This document shows positions 37,925 to 50,540 of a stretch of DNA of 64,000 nt, piece by piece. Numbering within the stretch: the first letter of the stretch is position 1; each line of letters begins with the position of its first letter. Source of the DNA: Octopus sinensis (lineage: Eukaryota); contig NC_042998.1 in assembly GCF_006345805.1 (NCBI RefSeq), positions 48,546,001 to 48,610,000 of the forward strand. Reading direction: 5' to 3'. The position numbers and the translations under genes were made by a program. The notes under the pieces were generated by a model, which was not told the origin of the DNA, searched no databases, and was given only the letters and a program-made list of their open reading frames with translations.

Positions 37925-40280
37925 GAAATTTATAGGAGTTATCGTTAGCTGAAAATGAAAGATAAACAGGAGACGCTTTAACATTCTATTTCATTCAGTG
38001 CTGCTGTTGAATCTGGCTTGAAAGATTACGTGAATGCTCCTGACAAAAAAAAAAATGTCTAATTCTAATCATTTGAGATTGGATGAGGTTGTCAGCAGAA
38101 AACACAGATACCATGATAAATATTTCCCCTCGGTTTTATAGTCGTTAATGATACACTTTCTCGCGTATTTATGGAACAAAGCATTATCAAACAGAACTAT
38201 GGTTCCAGATAATTTGCGATGTCATTTCGAGACCTAACCGTTCAATTTGTAACGGAAAATGAGAAAAAACTTTTTTTGTGTAAGCATGATGGCTTTGATG
38301 ATAGACAAGAAGAAAAATATTCATTTGAACCATTCACACGTATCAAAATGAAAAAGGCCAGAGAAAGCTTCCCACAGAGCGAATTACTGCATTGTGCTTG
38401 CTGGGGAAGCCTACAGATTAGGTGATATGCTTGTTAAACGTTTTACAGCAAATGTTTGAATGGTTGCAAGGTAAAAGTCAGTAAATCATGACAATTCCAC
38501 TTTCTAATGATACAGTAAATTGACGCAATAAGGAATATCATCAACCGCATCAATACTGAGTTGGTAACTGGTCTTCAAAATTACCCATTTGAATTTGAAA
38601 TGGAAGAACCTACAGGCGTTACTTGTCTTGCTGTTTTGCTAGTCTTCATTTGATATCAGTAACAACGAACAATTTAAGATTTGGTCTTTTTTCAGTTGTT
38701 CGTGGCCGTGCAACACAAGCAATGCTGAAATATTCAAATTGCTAAATAACTTCTTTGAAGTGAACAGTTTACCACGGAACAACAACATTGAATGTTTGCA
38801 CTAACAGAGCAAATACTGTGTAGGTCTACCGGTGCCCTACAACAGATTAAATTTATGTCTCTAAACTGGTATATTGTCATTGCATTCTCATCGCCATGTA
38901 CTCGCCGTTAAATAAATGCTAGATCTTGTTTAGCCAATAAAGGTTACAAATTTTGATTTTTTGCCAACATAATGTGGCAGTCCCAAGACGGGACGAATGT
39001 TACTGTTATTTAGCCCCAGGAAACATCGCTTCCAGCTGGCTATACGGCACAGAAAATTCTATGTCCTTATATTTTCGAACAGGGGAGGACAGCACCTCCA
39101 CATAGCACAACCTCGCACCCACAGACCGGTGTCTTGGTTACTGCTCTTTATCAGCGTAGTGTAGCTTGGTTGTCTAGATGTCGCTACTGAACTGTTGTCG
39201 AAAATAATAGATTTCAAAATGACTGTGTGTTACAAATTTTATTACAACTAAACCGTACAACATGAATTGTAATAATCTCCTACACAATGAATAAGAAATA
39301 CACAAATCTCGTCTACTACACAACGAAAGACACCAGAGCAATACGAAGCATTTTTTCCGTTTCAAAGAATGATTCACAGATAAGAGATGGTTGCTAATGT
39401 CTGGTTATAATGTTGATATTTTTTTCAAAAATGAATGTAGTTATCCTATCATTGCAAGAAAAGTATGCAACAGTTTTTGCCACCAAGGATAAAATCCAGC
39501 CCATGAAAATTAAATTAGAATTTTGGAAAGCTTGCGTACAGAACCGACCGTGAGTTTGACAGCTTTCGTTTTAAAAAAGTTTTCCGGCGAATTAGGGACG
39601 TGACATTAATGCAAATGATCTCTTTTAATGCTTTTCGATGGAATGCATCGTTTTGATCTTTATTATTCAGTAAGTAACTACTTTCCAAATGATCAAAGTA
39701 TCATACTACAAAATAATACTAGGATTAGAGATCCATTCAATGTACAAGAAAGAGCAGAGAATTTCAATACAGCGGAATATGAAGTTTATTGACGGCGTTT
39801 CAGATTTCACTTTAAAAGCTACATTAAAAAAATTACCACTTTCAGAATTTTGGTATACTATAAAAGATGTATATCCACAGCTCTCAGGAAAGGCTATTAA
39901 AGTACTTCTCGCCTTTCAAATACTTGTTTATGTGCGGAAGGATTTTCGACATATACAACAATAAAAAAAAATTAATCATCGTAATAGATTAAATGCTTAG
40001 GCAGATATGAGAATTCAGATCTCTGCCATTAAAGCAGACATCAAAGAGATTTATTTATAAAAGAAGGAAACTATGTTCATCCCATCGACTTTGTTTATTT
40101 CTCTTTCCTTTTAGAATGTATATATTTTTCAAAATAAATGTAGTTTATGAAAACTTGTGATGGTTTTCTACTATATTCATCTAAGCAGCTAAAAAAACTT
40201 TTTAGGGGAGCGCGCATACATTTTGAACACTTTAATGGATCCGTTGCGATAAAAGAAGTCTGTGAAATACTACTACAGAG
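37925..40280 (+). mobile_element. decayed hAT transposon (Charlie/Buster; ZBED5/SCAND3/FAM200-like transposase)
   Basis: Frameshifted IPLSNDTV, LQNYPFEFEMEEPTGVTCLAVLLVF, LPLSEFWYTIKDVYPQLSGKAIKVLL, CLCAEGFS, RNRLNA*ADMRIQISAIK (hAT dimerisation domain). Confidence 0.85.
38985..39170 (-). mobile_element. short retroposon fragment inside the hAT
   Basis: GC-richer segment interrupting the transposase; tgttactgttatttagccccagg recalled as an octopus retroposon 3' end. Confidence 0.4.
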
Positions 40281-40670
40281 AATTACTGGTGGGTAAGAGC
40301 GATGAAGTTTGTTATTCTCAAGGATATTCTAGGAGACAATGAGTGTCATCTGGATTGTATACTCCAGAGAACATTCAGAGTGACTATGGGCAACTTTTAG
40401 AAGTTCCGCGCCTGACAACACTATTGGACATTTCCAGAGAGACTGTGCACAGACCAGCGGCGAAATCGTTTGTCACGCATCATTCATTATTCAGGGTCTA
40501 AATATTGGGAACAGGTGAACAACTGTTTTTTCGTGTAGAACGGATCCGACTATCAGCCAACTCTACAGACAAAGGGGTCAAAAATTTTGGTTTTCTTACT
40601 TTTCTATTCTTCATCCTCGTCCCATTTTCTGCATCAACCTTCTTCGCGTTTTTCTTTCCGTTCTTACTTA

Positions 40671-41068
40671 TACTAGCAGTATCGCCCGGCGTTGCTCGGG
40701 TTCGTTTCGATTCTTTAGAATTGGAATTTTTGAAAAGTAAAAATGTTGCATTATGTAGCTTGTTATTCTCTTTAAGTGAACATTTTTTTCTGGTTGAAAT
40801 ACATTGAAAAATGGCGACACAGCAATAAAAAAATCGTAAAAAAATAGGGATTTTCATAGAGAAAAGCACATTTTTGATGTAAATAATTTTTGGTTTTTAA
40901 CATGGTCCGATTTGAGTGTTTTCTTCTACAGAAGGAAGAGCAAGCCTTCTTCTATCATATTCTCAATTTTGGCCAACTTGTGCCGCAGGGTCTCGGAGGA
41001 GATAGTGTTAGTTAAAGGCTACCAAACCTGCCATACACAGACAACTTTAGCTTTATATAGAGAGAGAT
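40671..41068 (+). mobile_element. non-autonomous Helentron/HINE-like (Helitron-group) element
   Basis: 5' tactagcagtatcgcccggcgttgctcggg (subterminal palindrome) and 3' acagacaactttagctttatatagagagagat, the DINE-1/Lep1-type end layout. Confidence 0.65.
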
Positions 41069-41534
41069 TTTCTGATAGAACAGCATCCTAGCTTTCAAGT
41101 AGTTCTAACGGCATGCACCGAGCCTGAAAGATTGCTTGGAGATGCATGGTATGTTGTAGAAATCTGTACCAAAATTTGAAATCAATAGCTCTGCTATGTT
41201 TTTGAAGTATTCTTTTACTTCGAAATTATCATTGGCTATTGTCATCAGTAGATTAATACGATGAGTAAAATGATAACAAAAAATTGAGTTTTATGTATTG
41301 GCTATACAATAATTTGATATGCTCGAATCTGCTGTGGACGTACGTATTCTCTATTCGTCTACAAACCTGCAGCAGAATAAATTGTATAGATTATAGAACA
41401 TTAAATAGCATTCATTACTGACTTAATTATCTTGATCCATATCCGTATCGCAAATGCTATAAACACTTTCTGTCTCGATGACACTGATAAATCATGCGTG
41501 TGTCTGTTTGCTTGTGTGTGCGTGTGTATGTGTA

Positions 41535-41595
<61 letters not shown>

Positions 41596-42077
41596 CTACG
41601 TCTGAAGCTCTCAATTGCACAGGGCTAATTTCTAAATCTTCTTCCAGTACTTCAAGCAGATTACAAGTAAGAATTAATACACGCACTCGAAACAAACTTA
41701 GAATAAATAAAATTCCAGTTTGTATACACACTTATAATGTGTATACAAGGTGGAACAGCACACGTTTCACGTTTGTATATACAGTCATAATGTGTATACA
41801 CACCGGCATTAATATAAAGCTGTTCTTGATAAGTCTTTTTGTTGTTACTATCTCTTCGTTGTTGTGTTTAATAAACTATGAAGTAAGGCGCACACAAATG
41901 AAGAACTCACACGAAAGACCTGAAGCTGATGTAAACTGTAGGCCATATAGTTCAATACTTTATATACTCTACTATTTCTTATCCAGACACATAAACATAC
42001 ATACAGTATTCTATTTTCTCCAGTCTCCTCTATTTTCATACGTTTGTTTTCCCCTTCTCTACTGATTTCTTTATGTA

Positions 42078-42891
42078 CGAGGGTAGGTTGAAAAGTTCAT
42101 AGGCTGACTAGGAAGGAGTTATCATGCAGTAATTAAACTTGGTGTGCATTCAATTCAACCTTTACTGATGCTAACTGCTTGTTTTCTTTCCAGATAAACC
42201 CACATTGGATACGGAATTGAGGACTTGGAAAAGTGGTACTAGAGACATTTCGTGAAAATTGGTAAAATTTGGCACCGTGGTGTTATTAGATATCTGCAGA
42301 AAAAGGAATTAGCCCCCAAGGACATTCACGCTGATACGGTTGCTACATTAGGGAATGATGTTCCAGCTTTATCAACTGTACAAAAGAGGGCAGCTGAATT
42401 CAAGAAGGGTAGGGAGAGTTTTGATGATAACTCGAAGTCTGGACGCCCTGCCACAGCCACCACCCAAGAAAACATCGACGTTTTCACCACATGGTGATGG
42501 ATGACAAACGTTTAATCAGATGTTAATCAGACAGCTAATGGGGTACTGCACACAAGTCTGTGGTTGCAATGGCTGCTGTGCGCGGCTGTGAACTGGCTGA
42601 TCACATTACATATTCTCCTGGTTTGGCACCATCTGACTATTTTCTGTTCCCCAACATGAAAAAAACACTTGGCTGAGAAGCAATATCGAACCGATGATGA
42701 GGTCATATCTGCTGTTGAAGATTTTTTCGAGGATCAGGTTGAGGGCTTCTATACCATGGGAATCCAAGCGATGCAACATCGATGGCAGAAATAAATGGAC
42801 CGCAGGGAGACTATGTCGAAAAATAAAACACAGTTGCTCGAGTTTGACCATTGCATCGTGGTCAGCCTATGAACTTTTCAGCCCACTCTCG
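42078..42891 (+). mobile_element. mariner (irritans-like), internally deleted
   Basis: TIR cgagggtaggttgaaaagttcataggctgac / gtcagcctatgaacttttcagcccactctcg with TA on both sides; N-terminal WHRGVIRYL...SGRPATATTQENI; C-terminal YSPGLAPSDY, RGDYVEK. Confidence 0.93.
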
Positions 42892-43019
42892 TAGATAACA
42901 GTACAAAGTATTGTCAATGGTTTGCAGCGATAAGTTTAATTAATTAAACGAACCTCATATTTTGTTACTTTTTTTCCATTTCTTTAAAAAAAATTTTTTA
43001 TTGTATCTTGTAACTTTTA

Positions 43020-43490
43020 TCTTTTACTTGTTCTAGTCATTAGACTACGACCATGCTGGGGCACCGCATTGAATTTTTTTTAGTCGAATGTGTCAGTCCA
43101 AGCACGTATTTTTTTAAAGCCTGATACTTGCTCAATCGATCACTTTTGCTGAACCGATAATGTACGAGGACGTAAACACACCAGCACCGGTTGTCAAGCG
43201 GTGGTAGCGGAGAGGTGGACAAACACAGACACTAAGACAAACACACACACACACACACACACACATAGATGTATATATACATATACACAACGAGCTTCTT
43301 TCAGTTTCTGTCAACCGAATCCATTCCAAAGACTTTGGTCGGCCCGAGGCCATAAGTAGAAGTCACATGCCCAAGGTGCCATACAGTAAGACTGAACCAG
43401 AAACCATGTGATTGGGAAGGAAGCTTCTTACCATATTGCTACGCCTGTGCCTATACAAACGTCTTCCCACACAGCCACGCCTGCGCCATA
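43020..43490 (-). mobile_element. SINE family A with a second partial head
   Basis: cttttacttgttctagtcat...gcttctttcagtttctg...gactgaaccag; two head-like ends (43425-43450, 43468-43488). Confidence 0.85.
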
Positions 43491-43539
43491 TACAAAAAAC
43501 AAAAAGCAAAACAAAAAAAGAAATAATTGCTTCAAACCT

Positions 43540-43819
43540 TTACTCAACTAGTGTCTCTATCCTACTTCTCTGCGCATCTATCTCCTTTTTGCAAGCTCAT
43601 TTTGTCTCTCCGTTCCCTTCTCGTAACCCTCCTCCCTCTATCTTTCTCTCTATCCTTCTCTTTCTCTCTTATTCCCCCAGCCTGGCTCTCTCTTTCTCTC
43701 TACCCTTCTCTTTCTCTCTTATTCCCCCAACCTAGCTCTCTCTTTCTCTCTACCCTTCTCTTTCTCTCTACCCTTCTCTTTCTCTCTACCCTTCTCTTTC
43801 TCTCTTATTCCCCCAGCCT

Positions 43820-43912
<93 letters not shown>
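43540..43912. repeat. CT-rich minisatellite (units ttctctctacccttctct and ttattcccccagcctggctct) ending in (CT)n
   Basis: direct reading. Confidence 0.9.
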
Positions 43913-43914
<2 letters not shown>

Positions 43915-44009
43915 CCTTCAATTCTGCTTTCTTCTGTTTTCTACTCCTCTCAACCCCGCCTCTCTTATTATCTGTCAGTTAAGTTCCAAAGCACTTTGAA
44001 ATCAGTAGC

Positions 44010-44044
<35 letters not shown>

Positions 44045-44399
44045 TTCATAATGAATAATTTCCTGTTTCATTAGAATTGCTCCATTTGTCATTTAGTCAG
44101 TGGCCCAGTTTGTTCTGCGCCTCTACCCATCGCTACCTCTTGTGCATAGATTCAGATACACTAGTATTAAATCTCAGTATTGAAAACCCATATTCACGAC
44201 CACACATTCCACAACACATCGTCATTGCCAAAGCTACTGCTATCGTCGATACCAGCGCCATTATCATGGTCACCACCATGTTTGACATTGAAGGTTTCGC
44301 CGAATGTATATACCCTATTCATTTCTCACATGATTACTACACACACACACATACCCACATACTCAAACAGACATATACATAGCATACATATGTATGTGC

Positions 44400-44455
<56 letters not shown>

Positions 44456-44461
<6 letters not shown>

Positions 44462-44685
44462 AAAAAACACTTTTATCAATTCAAAGTGAACAATTAAATT
44501 ACACCATCTAGAAAATTACATATAATGGAAATATTAAAATTAAAATGACAATAATATACCGATGATTAAGTAAATGCAAAATAATAATAAAAACGTATAT
44601 ATTAATATAAATATATATATATTATATAGGGAGAATTCACAAAAAAAACAAAAGGCGAATACAGGTCGTGTAGACAACAAGAGAT

Positions 44686-44721
<36 letters not shown>

Positions 44722-44729
44722 GTGCATAT

Positions 44730-44760
<31 letters not shown>

Positions 44761-45043
44761 ATATATATATATATATAAAAGAAAAAAACACTTTTATCAA
44801 TTCAAAGTGAACAATTAAATTACACATCTAGAAAATTACATATAATGGAAATGTTAAAATTAAAATGACAATAATATACCGATGATTAAGTAAATTGCAA
44901 AATAATAATAAAAACGTATATATTAATATAAATATATATATATATATAGGGAGAATTCACAAAAAAAACAAAAGGCGAATACAGGTCGTGTAGACAACAA
45001 GAGATGTACACACACACACACACACACACACCCACATACGTGC

Positions 45044-45045
<2 letters not shown>
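44456..45045 (+). repeat. near-identical tandem duplication, period ~321 bp, bounded by (TA)n
   Basis: Copy 1 44456-44727, copy 2 44777-45045; each carries a truncated minus-strand PLE end (tatagggagaattcacaaaaaaaacaaaaggcgaatacagg). Confidence 0.92.
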
Positions 45046-45075
<30 letters not shown>

Positions 45076-45094
45076 ATATAATATATATATATAT

Positions 45095-45152
<58 letters not shown>

Positions 45153-45479
45153 TGTGTGTGTGTGTGTGCATTTCATGAAACACGTGTAGTCTTTTAAACG
45201 GAAAATACGGGATTCAGAATAGATATAGTTAGTATTCGATTTAATATTTTACATTTTATGGAGTGGTCGGGTATAAAATCTTTCGGTGTCCATTGAGTTG
45301 AAGGTGGTTCTGTCTCTACAAAACTTTTATATATACGAATTAAACATTGAGAGATGTTCATTTTAGTACACCGAATTTGAATGTCTTTTTCCTGTGTTCT
45401 CGGAAGTAATATTCCCTAATAATTATAATAATATATGCATTACATATATATGTATGTATATATGTGTGTGTATATATGA

Positions 45480-45531
<52 letters not shown>

Positions 45532-45914
45532 TTGTATGTATGTATTTATGTATGTATGCATATATGTATATATGTATTTATAAATATATATATGTGTATG
45601 TGTGTATGCATTATGTATTAGCTATATTATATTTTTTATTATTACTATCATCTACATTCAAAAACAGAAGCGCTAATATCAGCAACACAACGTTGAGATA
45701 TCTGCATTCCTTCTGCTCTTTCTTCTCCTCTCATTATCATCATTATCAGTAGGTATTAGGGCAGTAGTGGAATTCGTCATCTCTGCAAGTACTACCATCA
45801 CCACTGTTTGAATCATAACAAGCATCACCACCATAACTACTCTCTCCACCATTACAACTATTATTACTTATAATGATTATTATTAGAAATAATAGATTAT
45901 TAATATGAATCACC

Positions 45915-46138
45915 GTTGAGGTAGGCGAGTTGGTTGAGCTGTTAGAACTCTTGCCAAAATGTTCGGCAGTGTTACGTCCGTCTCTACGATCTGAGTTCAA
46001 ATTCCACGGAGGCTGACTTTCTCTTTTTTTTTCTCTTCGGGGTCGATAAAATAAGTACCAGTTGAACACTGAGGTCGATGTAATCGACTGTCCCCCTCAC
46101 CTGAAATTACTGGTATTGTTCCAAAATTTGAAACCAAT
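45915..46138 (+). mobile_element. SINE family B
   Basis: ggcgagttgg, ctgagttcaaattcc, cggggtcgataaaataagtaccagtt, ccaaaatttgaaacc. Confidence 0.85.
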
Positions 46139-46229
46139 ATGACTGTCATCGTTGTTTTCGTGATTTTCGCCATTAAGAAATGGCTTCTGCATAAAGTATT
46201 CGTAAATTAGAAGAGAATTTGCGAAAATA

Positions 46230-46605
46230 CAGGGGTGGCGGTGTGGTAAGAAGCTTGCTTCCCAACAACATGGTTCCAGGTTCAGTTCCATTGCATGGCA
46301 CCTTGAGTGAATGTCTTCTACTATAGCCTTGGGCCGACCAAAAGCCTTGTGAGTGGACTTGGCAAACGGAAACTGAAAGAAGCCTATCGTGTGTGTGTGT
46401 GTTTGTGTGTGTGTGTGTTACAAAAGCCGTTGGTGTGTTTACGTCTCTGTAGCTTAACAGTTCGGTAAAAGGAACCGATAGAATAAGTACCAGGCTTAAA
46501 GGAAAAAAAATGTACTGGTATCGATTCATTTAACTAGAAATTCTCCAAGGCAGTACCCCAGCATGGCCGCAGTCTAATAACTGAAACAAGTAAACGATAA
46601 AAGAT
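46230..46605 (+). mobile_element. SINE family A
   Basis: gtggcggtgtggtaagaagcttgc...gggccgaccaaaagccttgtgagtgg...gcatggccgcagt...tgaaacaag. Confidence 0.88.
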
Positions 46606-47314
46606 ACTATTATACTTTTATGGTGCTTGTGTCTTATTCCTCAAAACATCTAACCAGGTTTTGGTTGTTGTTGTTATTATTCTGGTTTCTGTAAAACGTG
46701 AAGTTACCTTACATCAAAAGATTTCTTAGAAATAGTCGATTCGAAATAATAATATTTGTTCACGTTCTGTCTCAAGATGTACATACAGACAAATGCTGAT
46801 ATCGGATTAACTGTTGAGACACGAAAGAGAGGAACGATATTGGATTAACTGCTGAGATACAAAAGGGAGAAGCAAATTTGGTTGACACTCGGTTGACATC
46901 CCTTCCTTGAGGTTAATTATTTTCATTAAGTCGTAGTTTGGGTCCGACATTCACGGTCAATAGTCTGCAGGAATCGTAGATGTTGCTGGACATTTATTGA
47001 TTCCTATCACTCCGGGTTTTTAGTTAGCGGAATGTCCTTCTTTGACTTCCGTAGAATATTTGTTGAGTGCATCAATTATGGCGCCCTGAGGAGTAAAAAT
47101 GGATTTCGTGAAAGTTCATTTCTTGTCATAGTGTGTGTTATCAATTTAGTACATCATAGCCATGATTCCAATCACATCAGTAGGGTGCTGGTCGTAAGAA
47201 ACCATTTTGTGTAGGTGTTTTAAATCTTAGTTAATATCCATAAATATCCGCACATACAGATATACATACTATCATAAAACTAAGCAGATAAACACAAAAG
47301 TAGATGCATGTATT

Positions 47315-47399
<85 letters not shown>

Positions 47400-47532
47400 G
47401 TGTATGTATGTATACATGTATGTATGTATGTATATAAGCAACTTTGATTATAATCACATTATTTTAAATTATATGGATAATACCATACTAAATTCTGGTG
47501 TCTTCAACTTAAGTACCATATTCATTTTAAAT

Positions 47533-47567
<35 letters not shown>

Positions 47568-47869
47568 TTTACGCATGCGTGCATACATACACAAGCTTAA
47601 ATCTTCAGAATCATACAGATTAATTCATATGCATTCATACCTTCGTCAAGACATACAAGTTTGTAATTAAACAGAATATTAAACCTGTATATGAAATACG
47701 TATGCACGTAAAATACAGATGAATACAAAATGTTGCTTGTATAACAGTTTTCACATGAACATTAGAGTTAAACAGTGGAAGAAGTAGAGAATAGGATAAA
47801 ATGCCACCAATATTTTGTAACAGTTACTGATGTCATCTGGCATAACTGTTTTTCTTTTATTAATATTTA

Positions 47870-48100
47870 TCACAAGGCAGCTATCTGACACAATCGTTAC
47901 GCGCCGGGTAAAATGCTTGGCGGCATTTCGTCCGCCTTAACGTTCTGAATTCAAATTCCAGCAAAGTCCACTTTGCTTTTCATCATTTCGTATAAAATAA
48001 GCACCAGTTGAGCACTAGGGTCGATGTAATTGACTGGATCCATTGACTTAATCTTTCTCTCGAAATTGCTGGTCTTGTACCAAAATTTGAAACCATTTTT
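47870..48100 (+). mobile_element. SINE family B
   Basis: gccgggtaaaatgctt, cgttctgaattcaaattcc, gggtcgatgtaat, ccaaaatttgaaacc. Confidence 0.85.
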
Positions 48101-48419
48101 AATATCTATCTCTTCACAGTACCATTTGGCATACTTTTCTTGGCCATATTTCATATTTCCTTTAATAAATACGTGTAGCATTTATGCAACATACAGCTTG
48201 AGGTAGTCTATAAACAAAATTTTTTCTGATTTTACTCTCATAGCACTTGTATCTAAGTGTTGGCTGGTTTAGCATGTTGCCGAAGTGTTAACACGATAGT
48301 GAAAAAAAGGAGGTTAGTTGAAGCCCTTCAAATATAGTTGAAGCCCTTCAAGTAGAAACTGTATTCGGTTTTACAATTCCTTCTATTATTTTATCTGTAG
48401 AATTGTATGTCAATGTACA

Positions 48420-49100
48420 TACTTATAATCGGTGACACCTTACTCATATCTAGCGTTTATATAAGTCATGCAATGAGAACATTGGAAGGGACTCCTGGTA
48501 AGCGATGCATGCCATACTCAATCCCTTCTTCTCCTGTAATATTCAGTTATGAGTTTGTTTATCCATAACTGATCTTCACAACTATATCATTCTTTGTAGC
48601 ATTACATCTGTTCATCTTGAATTTAATTGCTGTTTTCTATATAGTTTTGTTATTCCTCTGCAATGTTATTGAAGGTAAACGATTTATATACTGTACAAAA
48701 ATAAATTATGGATCTATAATTTTTGTGTTTGTTATTTGCATGATGATGCTATATCTTTAATCTTGAGAACTAAGTGAGGAGTTGTTTCTGAATCTTTCAA
48801 TAGCCCATTAAATGATATTTTTGCTACCCCTTTCTTCATGCTTGATATATATTTAAACCAGAAACTTTATCACTTCGTAAGGCTTTTGAGCTGCTCATAT
48901 TTTGTAACCCCTTGGCTCCTGTTTTTGTTATTGCTTTTATTTTAACATTACCATCCATGGATATCCCTTGTTGCTCATAATCCTCCTCTAAATTCTCTAC
49001 AACTCTTGCTATTAGCACTTGAGTTGGTTCTATTTTGTTTTTATCAGGTTCTTGATATAAAAAAAAAATATCCTTTTACAGTGGAGTCGATCTGTTTCAG
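48420..49100 (-). mobile_element. decayed R4/Dong-like LINE RT fragment
   Basis: Frameshifted KALRSDKVSGLN (cf. K..K.PGPDG), EDQLWINKLI and KGLSMA (cf. KDQL.I.K and LSMAWIDY in RT domains 1-3). Confidence 0.55.
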
Positions 49101-49559
49101 TTGTTCAAAGAATCGCTTTGCTTTTCATAACGACGGATTAATCGTGGTTTTAGCAATGTTCTCTTTCAAGAATTCTTTGATTCTGGGTTCTTTTTATATT
49201 TTCTCCGTCAGTAGTATTTACTTGTTTGCTTGCTCGTTTTTATTCAGTTTGGTATTTTTGCTGTCGATTTCATTAAAAGCTGGATGTATTTTTTTACATT
49301 TATTTTCTTTGTCTTTATGATTTTTTTATGTAGTTTTATTGTGTTTAGATATTCCTGTCAGTTACTTTGAGGATCTACCCATTTTCCTTTGTAACTGCCA
49401 AGACTATTGATTAGATTATTTGGTTTATTCTTAGTTATATTGATGTTCACATCTGTTTTCACAAAGTTTACAGTGACCAGGTTTACGATTCTGCTTGTTG
49501 TTACCTTACCGTTTTTTGTGTTTTTTCAAAATTCGTGGGGTTTTAGTTATAGTCATTAT

Positions 49560-49783
49560 TATTACTATTTGTGCGCAGAACAAAATGCTTAGCGGCAATT
49601 CTTCCGGCTTTCTTTGACTCATTGACTTTAAATCACGCCGAGGTCAACTATGCCTTACTCCTTTTCGGGTTGTTAATATAAGTTCTTGTTGAGCACTCAG
49701 ATTGATGTAATCGAATTCCCACTAAAAATTACTGGCATTCTACCAGATTTAGAAAGAATTATTTATCATCATCATCATCATCG

Positions 49784-49818
<35 letters not shown>

Positions 49819-49980
49819 AAACGGCGAGCTGGCAGAACCGTTAGCATGTCAGGCAAACACTTTCATCCGTTGCTACGTTCTGCCAAGGTCAACTTTGCCT
49901 TTTATCCTTCCGGAGTCGATAAACTAAATACCAATGAAATACTGAGGTCGATGTCATCGACCAGTCCCCCCCCCCAATCA
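49560..49980 (+). mobile_element. two SINE-B copies separated by (ATC)/(ATT)n
   Basis: aatgcttagcggc...cgccgaggtcaac (49565); ggcgagctggcagaaccgttagc...gcctttt atccttccggagtcgataaa (49822). Confidence 0.8.
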
Positions 49981-50009
49981 TAACCATGCATCATAACCAT
50001 ATGTGCATG

Positions 50010-50405
50010 ACAGACTGACCTTATGTCAAGATAAACAGCGCATGACCTTGCAGGTGGGGCCCAGTTAGAATTTTCTTCAGATCCAGAGCCCAACCCGCTC
50101 AAAGTGTCTCAGAATATGGGTTGTTTAAAGATGTGAAACGAAATACCTATGTTTCCAGAGGTGAATTATTCAGGCTCCAAAGAATTCCTCTCAACACATG
50201 GCTATGTTGCTCCCCCATTACTTCTACTTATAATCAGAGATGTACATATAATCAGCCACCAAGGGACATACTCAACGGGTTATGGTCAGGCAAATGAACA
50301 GTAACTCTGTGGTATTGAGCAGAATATTTGCTGTAGCTCATCTTTTATACCAAGACAAAACATGTACACGATAACACTACCAATCTGTTAAGATCAGATG
50401 CCATG
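50010..50405 (-). mobile_element. interspersed repeat of unknown class
   Basis: Recalled as an abundant octopus repeat (gaaaattctaactgggccccacctgcaaggtcatgcgctgtttatcttga); no second copy in the window. Confidence 0.5.
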
Positions 50406-50444
50406 GGAGCCAGTGCCTGGTATTGCAATTATTATTATTATCGA

Positions 50445-50540
50445 GTGGTGGTGGTGGTGGTGGTGGTGGTGGTGGTGGTGGTGGGTGGTGGTGGTGGTGG
50501 TGGTGGAGGTGGTGGAGGTGGTGGTGGGGGTGTAGTGGTG
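50445..50540. repeat. (GGT)n microsatellite
   Basis: direct reading. Confidence 0.95.

Noticed and set aside
47020-47085. Minus-strand acceptor followed by GAIIDALNKYSTEVKEGHSAN*
   Set aside because: Too short to assign; could be a Tc1-like HTH remnant; no upstream exon found.
48314-48352. Short tandem duplications (tagttgaagcccttcaa x2; also 46800-46870 and 28185-28205)
   Set aside because: Ordinary slippage-type duplications; two or three units without spacers, not CRISPR-like.
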